Assembly: GCA_050950165.1 (NCBI GenBank)
Contig: JBMNHC010000001.1
Location: 1-37,046, forward strand
Source of the DNA: Candidatus Dojkabacteria bacterium
Lineage (GTDB): Bacteria > Patescibacteriota > Dojkabacteria > SC72
Reading direction: 5' to 3'
DNA: 37,046 bases
In this document: positions 8,601 to 17,813 of the stretch, piece after piece
Layout of the letters: the number at the start of each line of letters is the position of its first letter
Numbering within the stretch: position 1 is the stretch's first letter
Made by a program: the position numbers and the translations under genes
The notes under the pieces: generated by a model
Told to the model about the DNA's origin: nothing
Databases searched by the model: none
Seen by the model: the letters and a program-made list of their open reading frames with translations, nothing else

Positions 8601-9479
8601 TTAAGGTTGAAGAATATCTTCAGTCCTACCCTCTATAGAAATAATAACCTCTTTACTACTATCAAACTGTAGTAATGTTGCCTTTATCTGAGATCTAATA
8701 CTACTAACCCTACAACTACCACCAACTCCCTCTTCTAATTCCTTGCTAAAATCTACCTTAATAGTATTGTCTAAACTTTCAATACTCAAAACCTCAACCC
8801 CCTCACCTATATTACTATAATACCCTAACTGTTTCTCCTCACTACTAACACCCTTAAGCAACTCCTCAATAGATATCTTGCTAAGATTGGAACTACTTAC
8901 TACCTTTCTCTCAACAGGATAAACCTTTTCACAATCCTCTGGAGATTCCATCTTCGAGTTAGCAAAATATATTTTAACAACAACTTCTTTCTCTCTAACT
9001 AATATCTCTCTTTTCCATTCAATATATTCATCATTTTCCTCTAAGCCAGAAGGATTGCTTCTCTCAAATCTGAACACTAATTCACTACTCTCTTCTAAAT
9101 CAAAATCTAGCTTAAACGAAAACTTAATCTCATCTGAAACTGTCCAGTCCTCATCCGTTTTAGCAATCAATGTTGCAATTAAATCTCCCTCCTCATTAAA
9201 AACAGTTATAGGAAACTCCCCTTCAAAAAACCACTCATTACTTATCTTTCCAACCACACTATCATCAATATAGAACTCTTCTAACTCCTCTATATACAAT
9301 TTCTTTCCCTCAGTATTAGACAGAGCGGTATATTGTTCTTCACTCTTACATATATTGGTAAGATACTTACACATTTCATACCTACAACATATCTCTTCAT
9401 TCCTAAGAAGGTATGAAAACAACAAAAGCGCAACTGAGAAAAAGATAATAGAGATTATTAACATCAGATTTTTTATCAT
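8601..9479 (-). CDS. Membrane-anchored Gmad2 Ig-like plus GerMN domain protein
   Basis: N-terminal TM. WFFEGEFPITVFNEEGDLIATLIAKTDEDW...FSFKL is Gmad2-like. VKIYFANS...CEKVYPVERKV...IEELLKG...GGSCRVSSIRSQIKATLLQF is GerMN-like. Confidence 0.75.
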   Translation of the reverse strand: MIKNLMLIISIIFFSVALLLFSYLLRNEEICCRYEMCKYLTNICKSEEQYTALSNTEGKKLYIEELEEFYIDDSVVGKISNEWFFEGEFPITVFNEEGDLIATLIAKTDEDWTVSDEIKFSFKLDFDLEESSELVFRFERSNPSGLEENDEYIEWKREILVREKEVVVKIYFANSKMESPEDCEKVYPVERKVVSSSNLSKISIEELLKGVSSEEKQLGYYSNIGEGVEVLSIESLDNTIKVDFSKELEEGVGGSCRVSSIRSQIKATLLQFDSSKEVIISIEGRTEDILQP

Positions 9480-9541
9480 TCCTTAATAAAGGATAAATCT
9501 AATACTTATAGTATACCTGAATATAAAATAAATACAATATC

Positions 9542-10072
9542 CTACCTATGACCATATTGACCTGTAACTGGATCTTTAAAAAGAAAGTTTTTAGGAGTAT
9601 AGAAAGTAAATATACCAAACAGAATAAATAAGCCTATGAGTATACCTAAACTAACTCCTTCTCCTAAAAATGATATACCACTATTTAATAAAAAATATAC
9701 TAGTAAATACCCTAATATTACTGAAAGAACAAAGATGAGAATAGAGACTAAGACAACCTCTTTTTTTAAAATATATCTAATTGGATAGTAGAGTGTTGGA
9801 ATAAGAAGAAGTGTAAGTAATATACCTAAAAGATTACTCTCTAACGTATTATTATACTGACTCTTTAGTAAAAAATGATGAATAAAGGAGAGAAAGAACA
9901 TAGGAGCAAATGCTAACTTCAAATGTTCCCATGTACTCTCATTTGTAGCTGAAAAGATATGCAATATTAAACTCCTAGTATACTTATTGTGAGTATAGTG
10001 AAAGAGAACTCCAAATACATTAGCTAACAACATACTTATTAGTATAACGATATACAGCATACTTATTAACAT
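9542..10072 (-). CDS. Hypothetical multi-pass membrane protein (possibly DUF6512-like)
   Basis: 176-aa ORF with about 5 hydrophobic helices and a conserved-looking STWEHLKLAFAPMFF segment. Family assignment is from memory only. Confidence 0.55.
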   Translation of the reverse strand: MLISMLYIVILISMLLANVFGVLFHYTHNKYTRSLILHIFSATNESTWEHLKLAFAPMFFLSFIHHFLLKSQYNNTLESNLLGILLTLLLIPTLYYPIRYILKKEVVLVSILIFVLSVILGYLLVYFLLNSGISFLGEGVSLGILIGLFILFGIFTFYTPKNFLFKDPVTGQYGHR

Positions 10073-10164
10073 TAAGTTATATTACATAATAACAAAAAAT
10101 ATTTAAGGAAGAAAAATAAAAGTGGGCTACACTTGCAGGCATGGAACTTAAATATCTCCTTTCT

Positions 10165-10596
10165 TTATAAATATTTTTGTAATGCTTTTACAGCATCTGT
10201 AGAGTTATCCAATTCTCTTACAAATTCTACTGATTTCCATCCAAAATCTGTATGTTTTTCTGGTTCCATATTTGAAGGGTTTCCATCAAAAGAATTTACT
10301 TTGATTAAAGATGCTCTTACAGTTACATCTTGACCGTCTCTGAGATAGCTATTTTCTTGCTGATGTACTATTCCATATTCTTTAATATCAATACCTAATT
10401 CCTCCCTACCTGTTCTAATGACTGCATCTTCCAAAGTTTCTCCTGGATTTGATTTCTCTAATGGTATAGTCCAGCATCCAAACTTTTTGTGATATTGCAT
10501 TAGAATCTGCCCTTCTTTATTTTGAATCCATAGCCATACTCCTAAGTGATCTCTTAAATCTGATTCATTATATTGAGGTTTTTCCTTCATATCCAA
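10165..10596 (-). CDS. NUDIX-family hydrolase
   Basis: Nudix-box-like PGETLEDAVIRTGREELGI. The first Glu of the RE pair is Thr, so the box is slightly atypical. Confidence 0.75.
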   Translation of the reverse strand: MDMKEKPQYNESDLRDHLGVWLWIQNKEGQILMQYHKKFGCWTIPLEKSNPGETLEDAVIRTGREELGIDIKEYGIVHQQENSYLRDGQDVTVRASLIKVNSFDGNPSNMEPEKHTDFGWKSVEFVRELDNSTDAVKALQKYL

Positions 10597-10640
10597 AAGT
10601 TTAAAATTATTGATTATTATATGTCAAAATGCTTAGAAAA

Positions 10641-10716
10641 TGGTGAGCCGCCTGAGACTCGAACTCAGCACCTACTGCTTAAAAGGCAGTTGCTCTACCG
10701 GATGAGCTAGCGGCCC
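10641..10716 (-). tRNA. tRNA-Lys(TTT), CCA encoded
   Basis: Reverse complement gggccgc-ta-gctc...gagc-a-actgc-cttttaa-gcagt-aggtg-ctgag-ttcgagt-ctcag-gcggctc-a-cca. Confidence 0.9.
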
Positions 10717-10767
10717 ACAAATGGACAAGCCGATTATAACCCCTAGGTATACATTTTTACAAGTTTT

Positions 10768-11394
10768 TTAGAACCAATCTTTAATAGGAGCAAAAGACCT
10801 TCTATGTATATCTGTAGGACCAAACTTCTTTAAAAGCTCCATATGTAGCTTAGTACCATACCCTACATGCTTTTCAAAACAGTAATCTGGATACCTATTT
10901 GCTATCTCTCTCATATACCTATCTCTTTCCACTTTAGCAAGTATAGAAGCTGCAGAAATAGAGTAATGCTTCATATCTCCACCCTTAATCTTTTCCATAT
11001 TGTATCCAATAATAGTGGATACATTCGTACCATCAACAATTAAATAATCTACCCTACTTTTAAGCATCTTCTCCACCTGAGCCAACGCCTGTTGCATAGC
11101 TACTCTAACTGCTTTCTGTATCCCAACCCTATCTATCTCTTTAGCACTAACCATCCCTATTCCCCAAGCTAAACAAGTGGATTTAATCTCATCAAAAACA
11201 ACCTCTCTTTTCTTAATACTCATCTTCTTACTATCCCTAACTGTAGGTAGTAACTGTGTAGAACTATCTATTACTACAGCACCAGCACACACAGGCCCTG
11301 CAAGAGGTCCTCTACCAGCCTCATCCAAACCTACTACATACTTAATACCTTTTCTCCAAAGACTCTTCTCTAATTGTATATCTGGAACTATCAT
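10768..11394 (-). CDS. rnhB: Ribonuclease HII
   Basis: VVGLDEAGRGPLAGPV; DSKKMS; ISAASILAKVERD; HVGYGT. Confidence 0.92.
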   Translation of the reverse strand: MIVPDIQLEKSLWRKGIKYVVGLDEAGRGPLAGPVCAGAVVIDSSTQLLPTVRDSKKMSIKKREVVFDEIKSTCLAWGIGMVSAKEIDRVGIQKAVRVAMQQALAQVEKMLKSRVDYLIVDGTNVSTIIGYNMEKIKGGDMKHYSISAASILAKVERDRYMREIANRYPDYCFEKHVGYGTKLHMELLKKFGPTDIHRRSFAPIKDWF

Positions 11395-11478
11395 ATTTAA
11401 ATATAATATTACAACTTCTAGATTATTTTTTCATTCTACTGTACTATATTAATATATTAAATTTTTATTTTTACCAAA

Positions 11479-11844
11479 ATGAGTTCATGTTCAACAGGTG
11501 ATTTCTTCAAAGGGTTACTTTTCGGAACAGTAGTAGGTTTAACAGCAGGAATACTTCTTGCACCTAAGTCTGGAGAAGAAACAAGAGAGGATATTAAAAA
11601 ATTAGCTTTAGATACAACAGATAAAGTGGAGAAATATTACCTCAAAGCTAGAAAAGATCTTCTTAAAAAGATAGAGGACGTAAAGAAAGCAGGTAGAAAA
11701 ATCGATTTAGAAGCATACAAAAAGCTTGTTTTAAAAGTCGTAGATGAAGTAAAGAAAAATGGAGAACTCACTTCAGATGCCGCAAAAAAGATTGGTATGC
11801 AGTTAACTGATGACTGGGAGGACTTTAAGAAAGCAGTATTGTAA
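11479..11844 (+). CDS. YtxH domain-containing protein
   Basis: GLLFGTVVGLTAGILLAPKSGEETREDIKK is the YtxH signature. The remainder is helical and charged. Confidence 0.8.
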   Translation: MSSCSTGDFFKGLLFGTVVGLTAGILLAPKSGEETREDIKKLALDTTDKVEKYYLKARKDLLKKIEDVKKAGRKIDLEAYKKLVLKVVDEVKKNGELTSDAAKKIGMQLTDDWEDFKKAVL

Positions 11845-11876
11845 TTAGATTACTCTCGGTATAAAATCGGGCAATT

Positions 11877-11950
11877 GCGAGAGTAGTTCAGTTGGCTAGA
11901 ATGTCTCCTTCCCAAGGAGAAGGTCGCGGGTTCGAATCCCGTCTCTCGCT
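11877..11950 (+). tRNA. tRNA-Gly(CCC), no encoded CCA
   Basis: gcgagag-ta-gttc-agttggcta-gaat-g-tctcc-ttcccaa-ggaga-aggtc-gcggg-ttcgaat-cccgt-ctctcgc-t. Confidence 0.88.
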
Positions 11951-11986
11951 TTTCTGTATCATTTTTGTTACAATCTTCAATATAGC

Positions 11987-12059
11987 GCTGATGTAGCTCA
12001 GCTGGTAGAGCATTCCCTTCGTAAGGGAGAGGTCGATGGTTCAATCCCATCCATCAGCT
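11987..12059 (+). tRNA. tRNA-Thr(CGT), no encoded CCA
   Basis: gctgatg-ta-gctc-agctggta-gagc-a-ttccc-ttcgtaa-gggag-aggtc-gatgg-ttcaatc-ccatc-catcagc-t. Confidence 0.88.
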
Positions 12060-12072
12060 TATCAAAAAACTA

Positions 12073-13161
12073 ATGAATACACATAAATATACAATCACAA
12101 ATCTAATACTAAACTATATCATCCGATATGAACTCAGTATTGAGAAAATAAAGGACACCCCAATGCCCTCCTCTACCCTCTCTACTATCAAAGAGAAATT
12201 TAGAACAGAAGAAATAGATAAACTAGGAGAATTAATATCATATCCAATCGGATACAACAAAGCTCTTACAGTTGAAAGAGGACAAGTACTACCATCTTTT
12301 AGAAACAAACTAAGAATATTTACCAACTTTAAAAACGCACAAGACTTCTTAGACACATACAGTGCAAAAAGTGCTCTTAAACCATCCATAGAGCTCTCTA
12401 CACATATAAATAGGATAGTTATGAAAAACATTGTAGAAGAATGGGATCTAGGAAAAATAAAAACATTCTCTGAAAAACCTTTCGATCTTTATGACACATG
12501 GTACACATTAAGAGATTACTACCCCAATGAAGATATGAGAGTATATTTTAATGACCACTTCTCCTCCATTACCAACTCCTCCTCTCAAACACACAAACTC
12601 ATTCAATTAGCAATACTACTCTATGAATATATTGATAAAGCACCCTTCTTTTCAGGTAATCAAATTACAGCAATATTAACAATCAAAGCATTAGCCAAGA
12701 TATATAATCTAAATCCATACAATCTCATACCATTCTGTAAAGCATTCTACCTAATCAGTGAAGATATACACTCAGCATTTAAAATCTCTAAAGGTAAAAA
12801 AGACCTTACCGTCTTTATCGAAGCAATACTCTACACTCTCTCATTAGCTACCATAGAACTAGCTAAAGAGATCTCACAAACATATGAAAAGAAAGAAGAG
12901 ATAAACAGAAGGATAGGAAAGGACCTAAACCCTAGACAGATAAAAATAATTGAATACTTAAACAACAACCTAAAACTAACAAGACAAGAGTGTACTAAAA
13001 TGATGGGAGTCTCCTTTATGACCTCATACAGAGATTTAAAAGAATTACTTGATAAAGGATATATACAACAGAAAGGAAAAGGAAGAGGAACATACTACAT
13101 TATCCCCGACGAAAGTGATAAAATATTGACCGAAGACGAAGATATTAAAATATTTACTTAA
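12073..13161 (+). CDS. Fic-fold protein with a degenerate active-site motif and a C-terminal winged-HTH
   Basis: HKLIQLAILLYEYIDKAPFFSGNQITAILTIKAL aligns to the Fic core (..IHPFxDGNGRxxRLL..), but H, D/E, G and both R are replaced. The C-terminus LTRQECTKMMGVSFMTSYRDLKELLDKGYIQQKGKGRGTYYI is wHTH-like. Confidence 0.65.
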   Translation: MNTHKYTITNLILNYIIRYELSIEKIKDTPMPSSTLSTIKEKFRTEEIDKLGELISYPIGYNKALTVERGQVLPSFRNKLRIFTNFKNAQDFLDTYSAKSALKPSIELSTHINRIVMKNIVEEWDLGKIKTFSEKPFDLYDTWYTLRDYYPNEDMRVYFNDHFSSITNSSSQTHKLIQLAILLYEYIDKAPFFSGNQITAILTIKALAKIYNLNPYNLIPFCKAFYLISEDIHSAFKISKGKKDLTVFIEAILYTLSLATIELAKEISQTYEKKEEINRRIGKDLNPRQIKIIEYLNNNLKLTRQECTKMMGVSFMTSYRDLKELLDKGYIQQKGKGRGTYYIIPDESDKILTEDEDIKIFT

Positions 13162-13172
13162 CCATTCCTAAT

Positions 13173-14687
13173 ATGAAAGATACCTCAAAATACGACATAA
13201 TCATTGGATTAGAGATGCATATACAGACTAAAACAAACAGTAAGATATTCTGTGGATGCTCTGCAAACTACTTCCAGAAAGAACCCAATACTCTTGTATG
13301 CCCTACATGCCTAGGATTACCTGGAGGACTTCCTAGACCGAATAGAAGGGCAATAGAGCTATGCATACTCTTAGGACTTGCAACAAACTGTAGTATAGAT
13401 AACGAAATACACTTTCATAGAAAACACTACTCCTACCCCGATCTACCTAAAGGATATCAAATTAGCCAGTATGACAGACCGATATGCTACAGTGGATATT
13501 TAGATGTAAAAAACGAAGATAACAATATCTCTAGAGTGGATATAGAGAGAATACATCAGGAAGAAGATGTCGCAAAATCAACACATCACAAAGAGGGTAG
13601 TACAAAATACACACTAATCGATTACAACAAATCTGGAGTATCCCTAATCGAATTAGTCACAAGACCGAATATAAAGAGTGCATATGAAGCAAAAGAGTTT
13701 GCATCTAAAATAAGACAGATTCTTAGATATCTTAATATATCAGATGCAGATATGGAGAAAGGACAGATGAGATGTGAACCTAATATATCTGTTCAAGAAA
13801 AAAACAGATGGGGATATAAAGATGGCAAAATTCTTCCCATCGGTGATTACAAACTTAATCCTAAAGTTGAGATAAAAAATATTGGATCAATATCTGCAGT
13901 AGAAAAATCTATAAACTACGAAGTAGACAGACTCATTAAAGAAATAGAAGAAGGAAAACAGATAATACAGCAAACAAGAGGATGGGATGCAGATAGAGGA
14001 GTTACAATATTTCAAAGATCAAAAGAATCTGCCGAAGACTACGGATATTCACCTGATCCAGATATCCCCATCATTGATATATCAAAAGAAGATATAGAGA
14101 GGATATCAAAAGAGCTAGTAGAACTACCAGATACTAAAAAACAGAGATATATTACTCAATACAATCTCTCAGAATATGATGCAAATGTACTAACTTCAGA
14201 TAGAGATATCTCCATCTACTATGAATCCGTCTTAAAGCTAGTCTCAAAACAACTAGATTCTAAAACTGCACCAAAAGCTACTGCTAACTGGTTAACAGGT
14301 TCCGTTTTTTCAATAGCAAATGAAAATAACTTAGAGATAAATGAACAAAATATCCCTAAAGAAGACTTAGCAACTTTAATTGTAGAATATGAGGATAAAA
14401 TATTAACTAAGAACAAAGCAGAAGAGCTTCTAAGAGAATCGATCATAGAGAAAAAAGATTTAGGTCAACTACTAAACGAAGCTAAAGAAAGTGCAAAGGA
14501 AACTACAACTAACCTCTCAAATATCATAGAAGAAGTTATTAACGAAAATAGTAAAGCGGTAGAAGATTTTAAAGGAGGCAAAGAAGCATCTCTTAGTTTC
14601 CTTGTTGGTCAGGTTATGCAAAAGACAAAGGGTACAGCAGACCCCAATAGTGCTAGATTACTTTTAATAGAGAAATTAAATGAATAA
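13173..14687 (+). CDS. gatB: Asp-tRNA(Asn)/Glu-tRNA(Gln) amidotransferase subunit B
   Basis: IIGLEMHIQTKTNSKIFCGC, CLGLPGGLPRPN, MEKGQMRCEPNISV, and a C-terminal GatB/YqeY tail FLVGQVMQKTKGTADP. Confidence 0.93.
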   Translation: MKDTSKYDIIIGLEMHIQTKTNSKIFCGCSANYFQKEPNTLVCPTCLGLPGGLPRPNRRAIELCILLGLATNCSIDNEIHFHRKHYSYPDLPKGYQISQYDRPICYSGYLDVKNEDNNISRVDIERIHQEEDVAKSTHHKEGSTKYTLIDYNKSGVSLIELVTRPNIKSAYEAKEFASKIRQILRYLNISDADMEKGQMRCEPNISVQEKNRWGYKDGKILPIGDYKLNPKVEIKNIGSISAVEKSINYEVDRLIKEIEEGKQIIQQTRGWDADRGVTIFQRSKESAEDYGYSPDPDIPIIDISKEDIERISKELVELPDTKKQRYITQYNLSEYDANVLTSDRDISIYYESVLKLVSKQLDSKTAPKATANWLTGSVFSIANENNLEINEQNIPKEDLATLIVEYEDKILTKNKAEELLRESIIEKKDLGQLLNEAKESAKETTTNLSNIIEEVINENSKAVEDFKGGKEASLSFLVGQVMQKTKGTADPNSARLLLIEKLNE

Positions 14688-14907
14688 GAACAAATCAAAA
14701 GATACTACAAAACTTTCTAAAACAGAGAAAAAAGTAGAAACAAACAAAATTTTACCTACTAAAAAACATATACCTTTTAACAATCTTAGAGAAGATAAAG
14801 TAGAAGAATCTCTACCTCAAAAAGAAGTTCTAGCTAATGCCAAACATACAGAAGGAGAATTTGTTAAAATATATGGTGAAGTATTTGACTCTCTTGAAGA
14901 GAGTTAA
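14680..14907 (+). CDS. Small Lys/Glu-rich hypothetical protein (uncertain)
   Basis: 75-aa ORF whose ATG overlaps the gatB stop (ATGAATAA). Low-complexity sequence with no recognisable domain. Confidence 0.35.
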   Translation: MNKNKSKDTTKLSKTEKKVETNKILPTKKHIPFNNLREDKVEESLPQKEVLANAKHTEGEFVKIYGEVFDSLEES

Positions 14908-14960
14908 TATTAAGAAATCTTTGTAAAATATCCATTTCTTTAGTAAAATATCCCTACTTA

Positions 14961-15046
14961 GCCGAAGTGGCGAAACTGGCAGACGCACATGCCTTAGGAG
15001 CATGTTGGGATAATACCCAGTGCAGGTTCGACTCCTGTCTTCGGCA
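14961..15046 (+). tRNA. tRNA-Leu(TAG), long variable arm, no encoded CCA
   Basis: Acceptor gccgaag/cttcggc, anticodon arm catgc-cttagga-gcatg, long variable arm, T arm caggt-tcgactc-ctg. Confidence 0.88.
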
Positions 15047-15069
15047 TATATATTACTAATACTAAAAAC

Positions 15070-15312
15070 ATGTATAAAAAAATAATAGCTCCTTTCCAAA
15101 AAGTATTACTAGAAAAGAGAATGTGTGTAGGATGTACAAATCCTTTAGACCAAGCAAAAAGAGTAGGAAAACTCTCTGAAAGAAGAGAGATGGTCGAGTG
15201 TAAATGTAAAAGAAGATATGTCTTTAACAAAGAATTAAATGAATACCAAAGAGCTAGTTTTCAAGAAGAGCAACAGTTTCTAAAAGAGCTTTCCAAAAAG
15301 ACTCTTGTATAG
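15070..15312 (+). CDS. Small zinc-ribbon-like hypothetical protein
   Basis: 80-aa ORF with CVGC...24 aa...CKC cysteine pairs. Sits 23 nt after tRNA-Leu and 19 nt before tRNA-Glu. Confidence 0.5.
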   Translation: MYKKIIAPFQKVLLEKRMCVGCTNPLDQAKRVGKLSERREMVECKCKRRYVFNKELNEYQRASFQEEQQFLKELSKKTLV

Positions 15313-15331
15313 TAAAATCTTTCTTAGATAT

Positions 15332-15407
15332 GCCGCTATCGTCTAGTGGACTAGGACAACAGGTTTTCATCCTGTAAACCGGGGTTCGATTCCCCGTAGC
15401 GGTACCA
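15332..15407 (+). tRNA. tRNA-Glu(TTC), CCA encoded
   Basis: Acceptor gccgcta/tagcggt (G1-U72 wobble), anticodon arm acagg-ttttcat-cctgt, T arm cgggg-ttcgatt-ccccg, 3' acca. Confidence 0.88.
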
Positions 15408-15481
15408 TCCAGCTAACCTATAGCTGTGAAGTATTGCAACAACAAGCATACTCCCCCTATACTATAAGTTAGCGGGATAAA

Positions 15482-16102
15482 TTGAAAGCCCCAAAACCTA
15501 TGTATGAAGTAAAAGAAGAGGAGAAAAAACAACTAAAAGCTACAGATTTTTTTGCCTCGATAGGAAGCTTTATCTCATCTTTTGTTGAAACTGTTGTAGT
15601 TGCTCTTGTATTAGCAGTAGTCCTCTATCTCTTCATCATGACACCTCATGAAGTTGTAGGAAATTCTATGCACCCCACATACAAAAATGGAGAGTATCTA
15701 ATGGCAAACAAGATTGTGTATAGATTCTCAAGTCCTAAAAGAGGTGATGTTGTAATATTTAAGTACTCTGATACACAGGACTTTATTAAAAGAATAATAG
15801 CTATACCAAATGATGAAGTAATGATAAAAGATGGAGCAATATATATAAATGATACGAAATTAGATGAATCTGGATATCTAGCAGAAACTGTTGTCACTAA
15901 TGGAGGAGCATATATTCATGAAGGACAGAGTATAAAAGTTCCTGAAGGTCACTATTTTGTATCAGGAGATAATAGACCAAATAGTTCAGATTCAAGAGAG
16001 TTTGGTCCAATTTCTAAAGACAGAATCAAAGGAAAGGCATGGATAGTATACTTTCCATTCTCTGAATTTAGACTAGTTACACACGAGAACTACAACATGT
16101 AG
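15482..16102 (+). CDS. lepB: Signal peptidase I
   Basis: GNSMHPTYKNGEYL (catalytic Ser), GDVVIFKY, FIKRIIAIPNDEV (catalytic Lys), GDNRPNSSDSREFGPI. TTG at 15482; the first ATG is 15500. Confidence 0.92.
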   Translation: MKAPKPMYEVKEEEKKQLKATDFFASIGSFISSFVETVVVALVLAVVLYLFIMTPHEVVGNSMHPTYKNGEYLMANKIVYRFSSPKRGDVVIFKYSDTQDFIKRIIAIPNDEVMIKDGAIYINDTKLDESGYLAETVVTNGGAYIHEGQSIKVPEGHYFVSGDNRPNSSDSREFGPISKDRIKGKAWIVYFPFSEFRLVTHENYNM

Positions 16103-16134
16103 ACTCCAGCTGTGAAACATGCTAGATTATACAG

Positions 16135-16929
16135 ATGAAAACTTTTGTAATTGCAAACCAAAAAGGTGGAGTAGGAAAAACAACTACTACAATTAATCTA
16201 GGAGCTGCATTAGCTAAAAAAGGGAAGAAGGTATTACTAATAGACTTAGATCCTCAAGCAAATCTCTCTTCAGGTGTAGGGTTTACACAACAGTTTGATA
16301 AAGAAAGTTGGAGTTCTACAGAAGGAGCACCTTACAAAAATATATACGATGTTTTAGTAAACTCTACAGATATTTCTTCCGTATTCGTTACTACCTCTAC
16401 CCCTAATCTCTTTCTTGTTCCCTCACATCTCTCTTTGGCAGGAGCAGAGATTGAGATGGTTAATATGCTCTCTAGAGAAACACTTCTAAAAAAAGCAATC
16501 TCCAAGGTAAATAATATTGATATTGTAATAATAGATTGTCCACCATCACTTGGTCTCTTAACAATTAATGCTCTCTGTGCTGCTGAACAATTACTCATTC
16601 CAATACAGTGTGAATATTTCGCACTAGAGGGGCTAGGACAGCTCATAGAGACATCAAAACTAGTAAAAGGTATAAATCCCTCCCTTAGTATAGGAGGTGT
16701 CATTTTAACGATGTACGACAGCAGAACAAAACTCTCTACAAGTGTAGTTAATGATGTAAAAGAATTCTTCAAAGAAACAGCCTTTAATACCATAGTACCT
16801 AGAAATGTTCGACTCTCTGAAGCACCTTCACACGGTAAGACAATATTTCAATACGATCCAAAATCTAGCGGTGCTTTAGCATACAAAGAATTAGCAAAGG
16901 AATTTATTAAAAGATTTTTTAAATTTTAA
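16135..16929 (+). CDS. parA: ParA/Soj chromosome-partitioning ATPase
   Basis: Deviant Walker A IANQKGGVGKTTTTINLGAALA; IDLDPQAN; IIDCPPSLG; PRNVRLSEAPSHGK. Confidence 0.93.
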   Translation: MKTFVIANQKGGVGKTTTTINLGAALAKKGKKVLLIDLDPQANLSSGVGFTQQFDKESWSSTEGAPYKNIYDVLVNSTDISSVFVTTSTPNLFLVPSHLSLAGAEIEMVNMLSRETLLKKAISKVNNIDIVIIDCPPSLGLLTINALCAAEQLLIPIQCEYFALEGLGQLIETSKLVKGINPSLSIGGVILTMYDSRTKLSTSVVNDVKEFFKETAFNTIVPRNVRLSEAPSHGKTIFQYDPKSSGALAYKELAKEFIKRFFKF

Positions 16930-16940
16930 ACTAAAACAAA

Positions 16941-17813
16941 ATGTCAGAAGAGAGATTAGGAAAAGGATTAGCTGCATTAATTGATTCAAAAGAGATAGAC
17001 AACTCTAGTAGCTCATATAGAGAGAAGTTTGATATCAACAAGATCTCTCCTAATCCATATCAACCTAGAATGAATATTGATCCAGAAGAGCTAATAAGTA
17101 TTGCAGATTCAATTAGAGAGCATGGAATAATACAACCATTGATTGTAACCAAGGATAAATCATCGGATAGATATCTAATCATTGCAGGAGAGAGAAGATT
17201 TAGAGCAGCACAACTAGCAGGTCTAAAATATATCCCCATTGTAATAAAGGAATCTTCTCCTCAAGAGATGTTAGAATTAGCATTGATAGAGAATATACAG
17301 AGAAAAGACCTAAACCCACTTGAAGAGGCCAACTCTTTTATTCAACTTCAAGATGAATTTGGTCTCTCACAAGATGAGATTGCTCAAAAGGTAGGATTAA
17401 ATAGAGTAACCATAACAAACAAGATTAGATTACTTAAACTACCCGATGAAGTAAAAGAGGTTGTAATGAACGAGACCATTAGTGAGGGACACGCTAGAGC
17501 TTTACTTGGTATTAGAGATGAAGAGTCTCTAATTGCAGCTACTGATATTACAATTAAAAGAGGTCTTAGTGTTAGACAAACAGAGGCCCTTGTTAGAAAG
17601 ATTAACTATGGTAAAACAGCTAAATACAAAAAATTACAAACATCTAGCCCAGAGCTACTACTTTACGCTGAAGAATTAACTAAAACACTAGGATATTACA
17701 CCACTATTAGAAAGATGAGTAAAGGTGGACGAATACAGATTAGATACATGTCTAACTCTGACTTAGATGACATATTAACCAAACTAGGAGTAGATGGCAA
17801 AAAGCTTATTTAA
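16941..17813 (+). CDS. parB: ParB/Spo0J partition protein
   Basis: ISPNPYQPR, GIIQPLIV, IIAGERRFRAAQLAG, ALIENIQRKDLNPLEEA, and an HTH segment SQDEIAQKVGLNRVTITN. Confidence 0.93.
   Translation: MSEERLGKGLAALIDSKEIDNSSSSYREKFDINKISPNPYQPRMNIDPEELISIADSIREHGIIQPLIVTKDKSSDRYLIIAGERRFRAAQLAGLKYIPIVIKESSPQEMLELALIENIQRKDLNPLEEANSFIQLQDEFGLSQDEIAQKVGLNRVTITNKIRLLKLPDEVKEVVMNETISEGHARALLGIRDEESLIAATDITIKRGLSVRQTEALVRKINYGKTAKYKKLQTSSPELLLYAEELTKTLGYYTTIRKMSKGGRIQIRYMSNSDLDDILTKLGVDGKKLI

Noticed and set aside
11850-12050. 66-aa minus-strand ORF
   Set aside because: It lies entirely over tRNA-Gly(CCC) and tRNA-Thr(CGT). It is an artefact of translating tRNA sequence.
14830-15230. Two minus-strand ORFs (89 aa and 78 aa)
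   Set aside because: They overlap tRNA-Leu and the small plus-strand ORFs, and have low-complexity hydrophobic translations with no motifs.
16111-16118. parS half-site GTGAAACA just upstream of parA
   Set aside because: The left half of the 16-bp palindrome (TGTTNCAC) is absent, and I found no CACGTG core anywhere in the intergenic regions.
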